DNA of 63,948 nt from Chiloscyllium plagiosum (GCF_004010195.1 NC_057718.1:25299313-25363260); one strand, 5' to 3'. Counted from the first letter of the stretch, positions 39,713-53,005 are shown. Notes: generated by a model not told the origin, from the letters alone. A program made the numbers and translations.

Positions 39713-40099
39713 ATGTAGTAGGTGGAAAAAGTGAGGACTGCAGATGCTGGAGATCAGAGCTGAAAAATGTGTTGCTGGAAAAGCGCAGCAGGTCAGGCAG
39801 CATCCAAGGAGCAGGAGAATTGACGTTTCAGGCATAAGCCTTTCTTCAGGAATGAGGAAGGTGTGCCAAGCAGGCTAAGAGAAAAGGTAGGGAGGAGGGA
39901 GCACTCTTCCTCCAGGCGTCGTGTTGCCATAGTCTGGCGATGGAGGAGGCCAAGGACCTGCATGTTCTAGGCGGAGTGGGAGGGGGAGTTAAAGTGTTCA
40001 GCCACAGGGTGGTTGGGTTGGTTGCTACAGGTGTCCCAGGGGTGTTCTCTGCAACGTTCCGCAAGTAGGTGGCCTGTCTCCCTAATGTAGTAGGTGGAA
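39713..40099 (-). mobile_element. 5'-truncated Penelope-like insertion with 15 bp TSD
   Basis: TSD atgtagtaggtggaa at 39713-39727 and 40085-40099; endonuclease remnant plus the same terminus as the 5515/26171 minis; hammerhead ctgaagaaaggcttatgcctgaaacgtc on minus. Confidence 0.85.
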
Positions 40100-40989
40100 G
40101 ACAGCTTTACAGTTAGGTTACTGCTAGACTATCTTTCCCATGGAATAATGATGATGCAATAGTAATATTACTGGGTTAGTCATCTACAAGCTGATGCATT
40201 GGCAACATGTGACAGAATGCTTCCAACCCTGAGAATAAGGTTGGGGTAAATCACTTGAGATAGTTTCTCACCATCAAAAACAAAAGTTCAATTTTCCAAT
40301 GAATGGCGAGATGCGATTCTCACTAGTGAGCAGTGAGAGGCCCATTTGTATGCATGAGCATACATTTACAGCTCATAATTACTAGTCTCACCTCATTAAT
40401 ATACAGCTTCTCAATTACCCAGCAGCTGGACAGAAACTAGATGCTAAGAATTCCCAGAGTCGGCACGGTTACCTGGCAACTCGAGCTTGTCACTTGTAAC
40501 TTTAGACCCTTGACACCAACATCTCAAGGAATGCTCCATGAACAGCAACTTCAAGTGTCCCCTCCCCGGCCACCACCACCACCCCAACGCATCCATAGAC
40601 ATTAGTATCTGACATGTACGAGCCTCACCATATCATTATGGCACATCTCTATTCCATTAAAGTTGTAGCTACCCATTTTAATTTGAAGCAGACAATCACC
40701 TTTCTGACTGCTCCTGCCAGATCACCGTGCTGCACCCAATTCAGTCAAGTGTCTGGTCACTCATCAGATGAGGCTGTCTATTGAAATTGGTCAGAGGAAT
40801 GGGCCTTGGTCTTTCCTCAGTGTTAGTTCAGTGACAGTCATGGGAAGTGTCGGGGACCCTGCTGTGGTCAAGAAATTCAGAACTTAATAGTTAGGAAATT
40901 AATATTGGAAGCAGCAACCAGGAAAGCAAAAGTCAAGAATGATGAAGGGGGGAGTTCAACATTTGAAGAGGAGAGATGATAGTGGTGGG

Positions 40990-41340
40990 CATGGAATACT
41001 GTGGGAGGGGACTTATCAACATGGCTTTGACAGGAGAGGCTGTGCAGCTTGATGGAGTGTGCCCATATAAACCTAGTGTGCTGTACCATGCATAACTGTA
41101 ACAGGCAAAGAGTCGAGAGAGAGGAAGATGAGGACATTGTAGAGGAAGACCATCAGCTTCAGCGTGATAGAGTCCAGCAGTATAAAGTGCAAGACGCTAG
41201 ACAGGCTTTGATTAACACTTAGTTCTAGTAGCTGGAAGCTGGACGAAGAGATCATTCATTGACTGTGGACATATTGGCATTTAAAGGCAAACAGTCTCTC
41301 TCTTTTTCCAGAGGTAAATGCAGCCTCTCTTAATTTTTTT
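40990..41340 (+). mobile_element. PIF/Harbinger C-terminal relic
   Basis: VCCTMHN motif and acidic tail; similar to 30700-30960. Confidence 0.55.
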
Positions 41341-41734
41341 GTTTGCTTTTGCTGTTTTGAATAAAAGTTAATGCTTTGAACCGTTTGAAGATGTTCCAAT
41401 ATGTGATCATCCCATGTTGAATAATGGGAAGATGCAAGGTGATAATGGATATTGGGTAAAGTTGCACCGACTTAGGGTTGGAAAATGGGACTTGGCTAAG
41501 ACTGGGTAAGCTGTGTGGCTTAGTTCTTAAGCAGTGATAGGTGAAAGAATATGCAGTTGTGTGTGCAATGAAGTGTCAGCCTTGTTACCTATGTGCCCTG
41601 AGTATTATCAATTTATGGTTGCTCTCCTAATACATGCACAGTGAAGGCTAATACTGAAGCAAATAGAGAGGACCCTGGGGAAACTCAACAGGTCTGGCAG
41701 CATTCGTGTTAACATTTTGAGTCAGGTATAACTC

Positions 41735-41948
41735 TTAGAGTCAAGGAGTCATAAAGATGTACAGCACAGAAACAGACCCTTCCATCCAACTTGTCCATGC
41801 TGACCAGGTATCCTAAATTAATATAGTCCCATTGCCAACATTTGGCCTATAAGCCTCTATACCCTTCCGATTCACATACCCATCCAGTTGCCTTTTAAAT
41901 GTTGTAACTGTATCAGCATCCACCACTTCCTCTGGCAGCTCATTCCAT
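41735..41948 (-). mobile_element. CR1/HER1 3' end
   Basis: Reverse complement of the CR1 3' UTR and tail; abuts the 5' end of the next copy. Confidence 0.85.
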
Positions 41949-43964
41949 TAGGACAAAAGGATAACTAGGGAGAGAATAGGGCCTCTCAACGATCAGCAAG
42001 GCGGCCTTTGTGTGGAGCCACAGAAAATGGGGGAGATACTAAACGAGTATTTTGCATCGGTATTCACTGTGGAGAAGGATATGGAAGACATAGGTTGTAG
42101 GGAAATAGATGGTGACATCTTGCAAAATGTCCAGATTACAGAGGAGCAAGTGCTGGATGTCTTCAAACGGGTAAAAGGACCTGATCAGGTGTACCCTAGA
42201 ACTCTGTGGGAAGCTAGAGAAGTGATTGCTGGGCCTCTTGCTGAGATATTTGTATCATTGATTGTCACAGGTGAGATGCTGGAAGACAGGAGGTTGGCAA
42301 ACATGGTGCCACTGTTTAAGAAGGGCGATAAACACAAGCCAGGGAATAATAGACCAGTGAGCCTGACATCGGTGGTGGGCAAGTTGTTGGAGGGAATCCT
42401 GAGGCACAGGATGTACATGTATTTGGAAAGGCAAGGACTGATTAGGAATAGTCAACATGGCTTTGTGCGTGGGAAATCATATCTCACAAACTTGATTGAG
42501 TTTTTTGAAGAGGTAACAAAGAAGATTGATGAGGACAGAGCAGTAGATGTGATCTATATGGACTTCAGTCAGGCGTTCGACAAGGTTCCCTATGGGAGAC
42601 TGATTAGCTAGGTTAGATCTCACAGAATACAGGGAGAACTAGCCATTTGGATACAGAACTGGCTCAAAGGTAGAAGACAGAGGGTGGTGGTGGAGGGTTG
42701 TTTTTCAGACTGGAGGCCTGTGACTAGCGGAGTGCCACAAGGATCGGTGCTGGGTCCTCTACTTTTTGNNNNNNNNNNNNNNNNNNNNNNNNNNNNNNNN
42801 NNNNNNNNNNNNNNNNNNNNNNNNNNNNNNNNNNNNNNNNNNNNNNNNNNNNNNNNNNNNNNNNNNNNNNNNNNNNNNNNNNNNNNNNNNNNNNNNNNNN
42901 NNNNNNNNNNNNNNNNNNNNNNNNNNNNNNNNNNNNNNNNNNNNNNNNNNNNNNNNNNNNNNNNNNNNNNNNNNNNNNNNNNNNNNNNNNNNNNNNNNNN
43001 NNNNNNNNNNNNNNNNNNNNNNNNNNNNNNNNNNNNNNNNNNNNNNNNNNNNNNNNNNNNNNNNNNNNNNNNNNNNNNNNNNNNNNNNNNNNNNNNNNNN
43101 NNNNNNNNNNNNNNNNNNNNNNNNNNNNNNNNNNNNNNNNNNNNNNNNNNNNNNNNNNNNNNNNNNNNNNNNNNNNNNNNNNNNNNNNNNNNNNNNNNNN
43201 NNNNNNNNNNNNNNNNNNNNNNNNNNNNNNNNNNNNNNNNNNNNNTACTGAACAAAGAGACCTTGGAGTGCAGGTTCATAGCTCCTTGAAAGTGGAATCG
43301 CAGGTAGATAGGATAGTGAAGAAGGCGTTCGGTATGCTTTCCTTTATTGGTCAGAGTATTGAGTACAGGAGTTGGGAGGTCATGTTGCGGCTGTATAGGA
43401 CATTGGTTAGGCCACTGTTGGAATATTGCGTGCAGTTCTGGTCTCCTTCCTATCGGAAAGATGTGAAACTTGAAAGGGCTCAGAAAAGATTTATAAGGAT
43501 ATTGCCAGGGTTGGAGGATTTGAGCTATAGGGAGAAGCTGAACAGAAAAAGGGGCTGTATTCCCTAGAGTGTCGGAGGCTGAGGGGTGACCTTATATAGG
43601 TTTACAAAATTATGAGGGGCATGGATAGGGTAAATAGACAAAGTCTTTTCCCTGGGGTCAGAAAGTCCAGAACTAGAGGGCATAGGTTTAGGATGAGCAG
43701 GGAAAGATATAAAAGAGACCTAAGGGGGAAGTTTTTCACACAGAGGATGGTGCGTGTATGGAATGAGTTGCCAAAGGAAGTGGTGGAGGCTGGTACAATT
43801 GCAACATTTAAGATGCATTTGGATGGGTATATGTTTAGGAAGGGTTTGGAGGGATATGGGCCAGATGCTGGCAGGTGGGACTAGATTGCATTGGGATATC
43901 TGGTCGGCATGGATGGGTTGGACCGAAGGATCTGTTTCCATGTTGTACATCTCTATGACTCTAT
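41949..43964 (+). mobile_element. CR1/HER1 LINE, 5'-truncated, spanning assembly gap
   Basis: ORF 42012-42611 and 43268-43884 CR1 ORF2 motifs; ctctatgactctat tail. Confidence 0.95.
42769..43245. other. Assembly gap (477 N)
   Basis: Run of n. Confidence 1.
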
Positions 43965-43969
43965 CACCC

Positions 43970-44822
43970 TCGGTTGTGTTTCCAAAGTAGGAATTTATAT
44001 TGAATTGAATTTATTGTCACGTATACCGAGACACAGTGAAAGGTGTTGCCTTGCGAGCAATACAAGCAGATCAACTAGAAGCTATAAAATATTACATGGA
44101 TTAACTGTCTGCATTGACTGCCTGCAGATTGTGTACTTTTTGAACAAAATAGAACGTATCTGCAACTGTAAATCTCAAAATACAAATTCACCCCACAGAC
44201 TTATATGTGTGTGTGTGCATGCATGCGCGCGTGCATGAGAGACAGAGAGAGTGAGAGTGTGATTGTGAGTATGTGTGAGAAAGTGTGTGTTTGTGTGTGT
44301 GCATGCTTAGTAAAGTGTGTCTGTGAGTGTGATGGAGTATTTGCATTTGCAGGATTATATTTACAGATACTTTCTATTTTGGTCAAAAAGTACACAATCT
44401 GCAGGCAATCAATCCATGTAATATTTTGTAAATTCCACTTTGGAAATAGAACCAGTCTGACTCAAGATTGGGATACAGACAGACCCTACCTTACACATAC
44501 AATGCATTGTCTGAGTTGAGATGTCACCTTTTTTTAATAAAACCTTAAGTTATCTGGAGAATGTGACTTAAAAGAAGTTCTGGGATTTACATATTAATGA
44601 ACCAAGACCTGGAAACCATTCTAAAAGATGAATGACTTAACAACAATCTAGGCTTATTCAGTATATCATTTCAGCATGACACTGTAATCTTTTGCTTTAA
44701 ATTCTGTGTCTTATGATCTTGCTCCACAGTTACCTGATGAAGGAGCAGTGCTTTGAAAGCTAGTACTTCCAGATAAAACTGTTGGACTATAATCTGTTAT
44801 AGTGTGATTTTTAACTTTGTCC
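43970..44822. mobile_element. Fold-back Penelope-like insertion (third family, CA/TG-rich)
   Basis: 44085-44185 is the inverse of ~44345-44445; tail ends aaactgttggactataa...tgatttttaactttgt; short LINE tail inserted at ~44000-44083. Confidence 0.75.
44731..44765 (+). ncRNA. Minimal hammerhead ribozyme motif
   Basis: TAC-CTGATGA-A-GGAGC-AGT-GCTTT-GAAAG-CTA-GTA; stem I TAC/GTA; palindromic AGCT stem III. Confidence 0.7.
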
Positions 44823-45222
44823 AGTTAAAAGCTGCACTCCTAACACATGCCTTTTGCTGAGCTTGAGACAATGGGCTATGGCATTCCACGGATCCTGAAT
44901 ACTGGGAAGAAATACTGTGTTTGTGATTGGTGAAATGATTGTTCTGGGGTTTGGTTCAAATCCAACTCAGTCAGGGATGTAAACTTTTCCTAAGGCAATG
45001 CTTTGAACTTTCAAGCCATATTGAAACTAAGAGTAGGAGTAGACCATTCTGTTAATGTTAAAGGTAATCAAAAATTCCATGAAGGTACATTTTCAAGTAA
45101 AACAATTCACATTGATTAAATCATGTCTGCTATTTTGGGTTTACCGAACATCCAGCCTGACCCTGAATACTGTGTGTAACAATTATTGATTTATGACATA
45201 TCTGTCATTGCTGATTTGGAGC

Positions 45223-45700
45223 ATTGTGTCATCCCCACCACTCGCCTTCCCACCAACTTTTGTGGAACCTGCAAACTTGACAAAAGTACATTCACCTTCC
45301 TCATCCAAATCATTATTATGTATTAAAAATAATTGGGGCCCCAGCACTGATTCCTGTGGTACTCTATAAGTTACAGGCTGCCAGCCTGAAAATTCCCTCC
45401 TGATCTCAATTCTCTATCTTCTTTTGGTTAGCCAATCCTCTAACCAAGCCAAAATACTACCTCTAACACCAAGAACTCTTACGTCATTAAGTAACCTAAT
45501 GTGTGATACCTCACCAAACATCTTCTGAAAATCCAAACACATTACATCTACTGCTTCTCCTTTTCTATCTTGCTTGTTCCCTCCTTAAAGAACTTTAATA
45601 AATTTGTTAGGTATAATTTCCCCTCATGAAGCCATGCTCACTTTGCTTGATCATGTTATGTATTTCTAAATGTTCTGCTAATACACTCTCTGCATTAGAA
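45223..45700 (-). mobile_element. CR1-like RT fragment
   Basis: ggggccccagcactgattcctgtggtactc is reverse-strand VPQESVLGP; catgaagccatgct is HGFM. Confidence 0.8.
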
Positions 45701-45737
45701 ACTGACATTCTGATTAACTTCCTTTTTTAATTGGTAG

Positions 45738-45865
45738 AGTTTGATGGAACATCAACGATAGCCCCACCTGAGGATTTTAACCTGCCAACATTTCCGGTTA
45801 TACAACCTCAGCCCATTCTGTTATCTGCACATCAAGATGGTTCCATTCAATTCTGGAGCATGGAG
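45738..45865 (+). CDS. WDR64: WDR64 exon (9th)
   Basis: ttggtag|AGTTTG...ATGGAG|gtaata; (E)FDGTSTIAPPEDFNLPTFPVIQPQPILLSAHQDGSIQFWSME, like WDR64 PPILVTAHEDGHLRLWTLE. Confidence 0.9.
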
Positions 45866-47444
45866 GTAATATTAAAAATGTAAACTATTTAACTGTTGAA
45901 TTAAGAATCTGTAGCCAAAAATTTACGGAATGCATGCTCCTGCTTTGCCCACTGCTGGACTTTGTAAAGTATTATGCATAATTTTGATAGCCAATGGGCT
46001 TACAAATGTTAAAGTGAATCAAAAGTTTCATGAAGATACTTTTTCAAGTAGAAATTCATATTGATTAAATCAAGTCTACTTTTTTGGGTTTACCTGAACT
46101 TCCAGTCTGATCCTGAATATTATGTGTAACAATTATTGATTTATGGTATAGCTGTCATTGTTGGTTTGGAGCCTTATAACTGAAAGAGATGCTTGCCTGT
46201 TTTGTTCATAATTAAAGAAGATGTAAAGAACCGTCTCCCTTACCATCAAGCTATTGTCCCTTTATTTATGTAATCGCTGGGACCAACCTTTGTGAGTTCA
46301 GAAATAAAGGGACAATAAAAGTATATCTACATTACTGACTTTTAGTAATCCTCCCATTTGTCAAAGTGAGCACAGTTTAATGTCTTCCCAAGTGAATTAG
46401 TTGTGTACTATTTTTGATCCTTCTTTCAGAGATAATCAGTCAGGATAATGTCAGGATGCAGTGGTTATGAGATAGATTTTTTTCCTGAAACATATAAGAC
46501 TGTCTTGAAGTGGAAGGACATTGTCTAAGTAAAGTTTATATCTGACCACTCGGTCAGGCATGGTCTTGCTTTATCTAATTTCCAAGAATAGCAACAGCAC
46601 CAGGAGTATCATAGTCACGCAGTCTCTGAGTACAGCACTGGAACTCTAAAATTTGTAATTTCCTGGGCCCATCAGAAGCACCCCACTCAGTCCACAGGAT
46701 ACATCTCCTGTTATCTTCCTCTTCGGCCTCTCAAGACCTGTTCCCGCCCCCAACCACCTCACCCGTCTCAGCGGGGCCAACTGCTCTGGCCCTGGCAATA
46801 CCCAGGTTTAGCTCAGGTCCTGTCTCAGTACAATTGTCTTTCGATCCAGCAGTGGCTGTTGCTGCCAGCTGGCCAATTGAATTGCTCAGTACCTCTCCAA
46901 GATGGAGCTTTGTTTCAAGATTGGAGTAAATATTTTGCCTTAAAGCAATTAACACTGTTTTCAGTGTTCAACTGTTGCAGGACAGCTATTAAACTGTAGT
47001 TCTAGGGAGGAATGTGGGATGGAGTGCGTTAGGGCAAGTGGCCACACAAGATGATAAATTAAATCAGGCCTAAAATGTGGGAGTGACCTCAATGGTGTTG
47101 GGGTCATAACTCGATAAGTGGTACTCATGGTTAGATAAAGAACAATTAAGGTTTGCCATCCTTCATTGGTTGATGCATCTTCACAGAATCTTAGAATTGT
47201 TACAGTACAGATGGAGGCCATTCAGTCCAGCATCTGAAATAGCATTATGACTTAGTACTGTTCTCCTCCCTTCTCAACGTGAGTCATTGTCTCTGTTCAA
47301 AGCATCAAATAATGCCACCTTGAATGTTTCAGTTGAACATGCCTCTACCCCATTCCCAGCTAGTGCATTCCAGACCCTAACTACTCACTGTGTGAACACG
47401 TTTTTTTCTCTCATTATCACATTTGCTTCTTTTGCAAATTATTA

Positions 47445-47820
47445 GAAAACTGTCCCAACAGTGTGGAAGCAGACCATTCAGCTCATCAAGTCCATACCAA
47501 CCCTCCAAAGTGCATTCCACCTAGCCACACCCTATCTCTGTAACCCTGTATTCTCCCATGGCTAACCCATGTAGCCTGCACATCCTTGGACTCTATGGGC
47601 AATTTAGCATGGCCAGTCCACCTAACCTGCACATCCCCAGATTCTATGGGCAATTTAGATGACTAATCCACCTAATGTGCACATCTTTGGACTGTGGGAG
47701 GAAACCAGAGCACTCCAAGGAAACCCACACAGACACGGGGAGAAGGTGCAGACTTCACACAGACAATCACCTGAGGTTGGAATTGAGCCAGTGCTAAACA
47801 ACTGAGCCACCGTGCCACCC
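47445..47820 (-). mobile_element. HE1-type V-SINE with internal duplication
   Basis: Reverse V-domain and tRNA head; extra ~50 bp unit at 47575-47675. Confidence 0.85.
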
Positions 47821-48234
47821 CTTGATCTTCTTTACAAGTGAGAACAGTTCCTCCTCCTGTGTTCTGTTAAACCCCTCGTGATTTAAAACAATTGTCTTTA
47901 CATTAATATTTTATTCAAGAAGATGATAAATTGTGCTGAATTAACTGAACAGGAACTTTTTGGACAAGGTCATTTGGGTATACTTCTTCGACAGATGTGG
48001 TTTGTTATGTAGTGAAATGATGGACCAGATTTTCCTGATGAGTGGAATTGTTGCACAGATTCTACTCAGGTTCCCTACATGTTCATTCTAATAGTTCTTT
48101 CAGAGAGTGGAATTGTCATATTAAGGAAATCTGTCAATAGTCAGCTGCTGTGTTCTGAAATTTGAAGGCCCATATAGCCACTTTAACAACAGCTGTCAAA
48201 GAGTTATTACATCAGGTAAGTGTGTTGTCATTGC

Positions 48235-48460
48235 ATCCCTACAGTGCAGAAAGAGATCAGTCGGCTCATACGAGTCTGCAGAACCCTCCGAAAAGCATCC
48301 CATCTTATCCCCGCAATCTGACCTTTACCATGGCTAACCCCCTAGCCTGTGTATCCTGGACACGACGGGAGAATTTAGGCCAAACTACCTAACTTGCACA
48401 TCTTTGCACTGTGGGAGGAAAACAGAATGCCCAGAGGAAACCCACGCAGACATGGGGAGA
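48235..48460 (-). mobile_element. HE1-type V-SINE, 5'-truncated
   Basis: cacatctttgcactgtgggaggaaaac...gaaacccacgcagacatggggagaat. Confidence 0.8.
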
Positions 48461-51400
48461 ATCTTTCGGGTCAGAATTTTAGGATGCTGTAAGGGCAGAG
48501 TGCCAGATGCATAGGGAGTTAGTGCATGGTAAGTAGGGTGCCAGGTTGGTAGGGTGTCAGCTAAGTAGGGTGGCACTTTGATTAGGGATAGGATGTGAGC
48601 TGGGTAGAGTACCAAGAGGATAGGATACCATGAGGAGGGAATAGGGTTCCAAATGGATAGGGGGACAAGAGGGCCACATGAGGTTTTATGTCAGGGTGAG
48701 CTGCAGGAATTGGGTCCATTGAAGGGGTGGGAAGAATGGGTGCTGGTTCTGGTGGAGGGCTCAGATTTGGCAGGAGAGTGGTCAGATGGGGCCCAGTGGG
48801 ATGAGGAGTTGACTCGGGTCAGAAAATGGTTGTTAGGTGGGTCAGGGCAGCAGTATGTGTCAGTGATTGGGTCTGGCAGATGGATACGTTGGGTCCCGGG
48901 ACAAGATATGTTGGGTCCTGGGGTGGGGAGATTCTGTATTCTGGGGTAGGATTGTCAAATCTCTTGAGGTGGGAGAGGATGGGAATGGGTCTGATCCATT
49001 TGGGTGGGAAGGGAAAGGGGCGTCCTGATTCCTGGGACAGTTGTAATTGGGTTCCCTGTGGGATATTGAATAGTTATTCAGGAATTAGACTATGTATTTA
49101 AGGACCCACCTCACTGCTGTCAGATTCAACCCAAATTTTCCAGAATAACATATTACTTCATTTCCTCAGAGCCATCCAGAGTATCTGAGTTAAATAGAGA
49201 TTTTCAGAGGGTTCCAGCATAGAGGAATTTCCCAGGGGAAAATTCAATTTCCTCGCAATTTCTTCAGAATCTGCTACACGGGGGATTCTGCACAGTCTTT
49301 ATCTACATTGGATAGGTGACCATCTGGCCATTGGAAAACCTGCCCCATTCTAGCTGAAACATTCATTAGAATGCCTCTGGATTCAGCACTGAGGGAGTCA
49401 GTCATTGTTTCAGGTGCTGTTGCTACTTTCTTACTGTCATTTCCTCTCTCTGTCATGGTTTTGCTGTTAATGGTGTTGCCTTCACTTTCAGACATACTGT
49501 TAAGGTGGAACATGTGGTAGATGCAAAACTGGAAGCCCCATCAGTATAGTGCATCTGGGTAGCTATGCAATAAGTGCTCCCCTTTGGTAATGCTGCACAA
49601 GTAAAAGCAAATTGTAGCTAAAGCTATGGGGCTTCTCATCACCTGCCACTAAGCTGGGATGAAGCCCTTCACTGACTTAAAGGTTTGGTTATGCCCAAGG
49701 AAAAGTGATCTATTCAATGCCTCCACGGTCCCCATAAAATTTGGGTCAGATCTGGGAATGGATGGGTTGGCAGTAGGGAGGTTACTGACTCGAGTTTATG
49801 AGATTTGTTGCCCCAAATCTTCGAAAGTCACCCAGCAGTTTGCCTTCAAACGTCTCGGCGGTGGAGAGGCAGGGGCTTTTCCTGAATTGATGAGTTAAGA
49901 GTTCACAGGGTGAGCTGAATCTCCAAGTAATGGTGGCAGGCAGGCTTCTGACGTGAGAGGGCCAAGTGGAGGCACATCACCTTAGAAGGTCTTCCATCCT
50001 GCAGTTGAGCTAAGAGCAAGAGAACATCTCCAACTCCGAGGCACCTGTTCAGCAAATTTTAAAGTTTCTGAAATAAAGTTGTGTTCAGCAGTCAGCCCAT
50101 TATTGTGGAGGGGACACCTTCAGCCTACAGCTGCCTGAAAGCCTACTTGGGGCACTGGCTACATAGTCTACTGCTGGGAGGCCACATCCTGGCCCCTTTG
50201 GGTTATGCATTCAATGGAGACAGGGTGAAGGGGTGGTGGGTGGGGAATGGTTTATTTGAGAAAGTGCTTGACAGGCTATTGACAAGTAGGCCTGAATTGG
50301 CCTTTTATGTCCCTGACTGGCTACCTATCACTTCCAGGAAAACAACCCTTTGGATGCCAATCCCACATCTGGAAAATGATATTACGTTTCAAGTCCTGTG
50401 CTTACTCTATGTATGGATAAATGTCCTGTGATGTGGGAGAGGTTTCATTATTTGTAGAATTTAACTTGCTTGTTTCCCATGAGTACCTTCGCAGTTCATT
50501 TCCTCATTTGTCAGTGCTATGGGAGTCAGTTCTAAATATTTGGTGCAACAGCACCATCTACAGTTCTATGAGGGTGTTTCCATTCTGCCCTTGTTCTTCG
50601 GATTATTAGAGGTCACAGGTTTGGAAGATGCTGTCAATAAAGCAGCCTTCACGAGTAACTGCAGTGCACCTTGTAAATGGTGTACATTGTTGCTGTGGGG
50701 GATGGAGTGAATGTTTAAGATTGTAGGTTGGCAGTCAGCTAAATGTGTTGCTTTGTCCTGAATGATGTTGAAGATGCACTCATCCAGGCCGGCGAAGTGT
50801 ATTCCACCATAATTCTAACTTGTGACTTGCAGGCAGTCTGTGCTACGTCAGGAGGTTAGTCACTCACCACAGAATTTTCAGGCTCTGATATATTCTGGTA
50901 ACCACTGCATATATCTTGGTCCACTTAATCTTTGGCCAAATCCGATGCATGATGTGACAACTAAAATAAAATTGTGCAATCAGCATGTGTTGATTCCAGA
51001 ATGAAGCTCGCATCTTTGGAGCACTGACTGATTATTCTATCATATTGGAATACTTTAAATACTTAATTAAAGGTGTCTTTCTGTCATAGAGTAACCTTTT
51101 CTCTTTGTCATTATTTAGTAATTTGTAATGAATGTTCAATGAATCTGAAAGGAATTTCTGTTTGGAATTTTCCGTGCGAACAATAAAATGAGAACGGAAA
51201 AATGTGACCAAAATTGAATAGTTGACAGTCTGGAAGTCTGGCCCCCTCGTACAGACCTTCATAAAGGAATATAGCTCTTCTTAAATTGCTGGTCAATGTC
51301 TTTGGTTTTCAGTGACGGACAAGTGCTTGATATCCTCATCCTTCCCAGCTCAAGGGCAGTTCACCTGATTTTCACTACTTTCATGGTATATTTATGTATC

Positions 51401-51897
51401 CCAGCTCCATTCCACACAGCAGTCAGAAAATCCACTTGAGAGTCCTGATGTGTGGGGGGCATATGCCAACTATCCCTGTCAACACCCACTCACCTTACAG
51501 AAGAAAAGGGTGGGAACTCCCAAGGCCGCATACAGACGGGGTACCTGCAGTGTAAGGTCTATCAAAACAAGAAATTATCAACTGGTGGCTCTTGCCACAA
51601 GACTTGCATTTTACTGACAAACATTGGTACCCTTTGAGGTGGTGGTGTGGGTCCTTTTTCTGAAGCTGCTGTTATCTACGTAGGGAAGGCATTCTCACAG
51701 TACCAGTAGGTGGACAATTCCAGGATTTAGACTGAGTAGCAACAAAGTAATGGTTATGTGTATCCAATGAAATGAAGGATAATGTAATGTTTGCAGTTCT
51801 TCAATGCCCTTGGCCTTCTGTGAGTTGGAGGTCAGAGTTTTGGTGCACTCATACGGTATGATACAAAACTCTATTGTTCCCCTTTCTCTCTTTATAG

Positions 51898-52000
51898 GGC
51901 AACCAATTGGTGAAAATCATGCCTACTATACAGTTTTCTAGTCCTATCACCGCAGTCTTTGTAGATGATATTGCAGCTCTACTATTGGCTGGCAATCAGA
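51898..52000 (+). CDS. WDR64: WDR64 exon (10th)
   Basis: ctctttatag|GGCAAC...CAGA|gtaagt; GNQLVKIMPTIQFSSPITAVFVDDIAALLLAGNQ(R); phase 0 to 1. Confidence 0.9.
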
Positions 52001-53005
52001 GTAAGTGGATTATATGTTTAATAGCAGTTTTCTTTATTGAGGGAATTACCTGCTATATTTGTCTTAAACAAATTCTTTTTGTCCAAGTCATCAACCTGTC
52101 TCAAGTTTAGGTGGTGACAGAAATGTTGACCTTGGTACTATCACCAGCCACCACCATGATCCCACATGTTGGACAGAAGAGGACTGGGGGCAAAGGCACA
52201 GTTAAACATCAAAAGTCAGAATGCAATACTTTAGCCCACATTGTAGAGGGCTATGGCTCCTTCTGAGGTGGGTCCAAAACATTCTCATGTTCCATTTTTG
52301 AGACATGCCAAACTTTATTATCATATTTCAATGAGAATTCCTGTTCTGCTCTGAGTTGGATTTATATTTAGTAACTACGTTTCTCAAGGTCTGGGTAACC
52401 TAGCCATGAATGGAGCTGGGAGCTGCAAGTTGCAGCTCACTAGTGCTTTCTACTATCAAAGACATCTTAACATGTCTATGTGGCTTTCCTTTTCCATCAT
52501 GGTTGCCAAATGTCCCCGACCATAATCCCTAGCCATGATCTTTCCCTCGTGCTTGCTAAAGACTGCCTCTACTTCTCGGTAGTCACTGTTCTCCCATCCC
52601 TCTCCCCATCAAAGGCTAATCTCAATCAATTATTGGAGACTGTCACCATTGATCCCTGGCACAGAACTCTTTTTGGTGATTTTTCACCCCAGGAGCCAGC
52701 CAGCTTATTTATCTACTTGACTGATAGTAGCAAATGGAAGATTATATTTCTAATGCATTTCAGTAATTTAATTCAGCAGGATGGCCACATCCATTGTCCA
52801 GCTGAGTTATGGACAGATTATTGTGTTCCCCTTCTCGTTTCCCTTGAGGCCAATGTTTTACTCTACACTTCCTACTGTCTAACAGACTTTCTGTCAGGGT
52901 CAAGGTGTCTGGTTGGTGAAGCCCAGAGCAAGTTTTGCTCAGCCAGGCCACACTGGAGTCAGAAACCCTACTATATGAATAGGAAAGCTGCTCTGTTTAA
53001 AATTA

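Larger units (their letters stand above)
45054..46172 (+). repeat. ~170 bp direct repeat pair (45054-45222 and 46005-46172) flanking a WDR64 exon
   Basis: aatgttaaag...ttttgggtttacc...gtaacaattattgatttatg...tttggagc present twice, diverged. Confidence 0.88.

Noticed and set aside
42620..43289. Long ORFs across the N run
   Set aside because: Artefacts of the assembly gap
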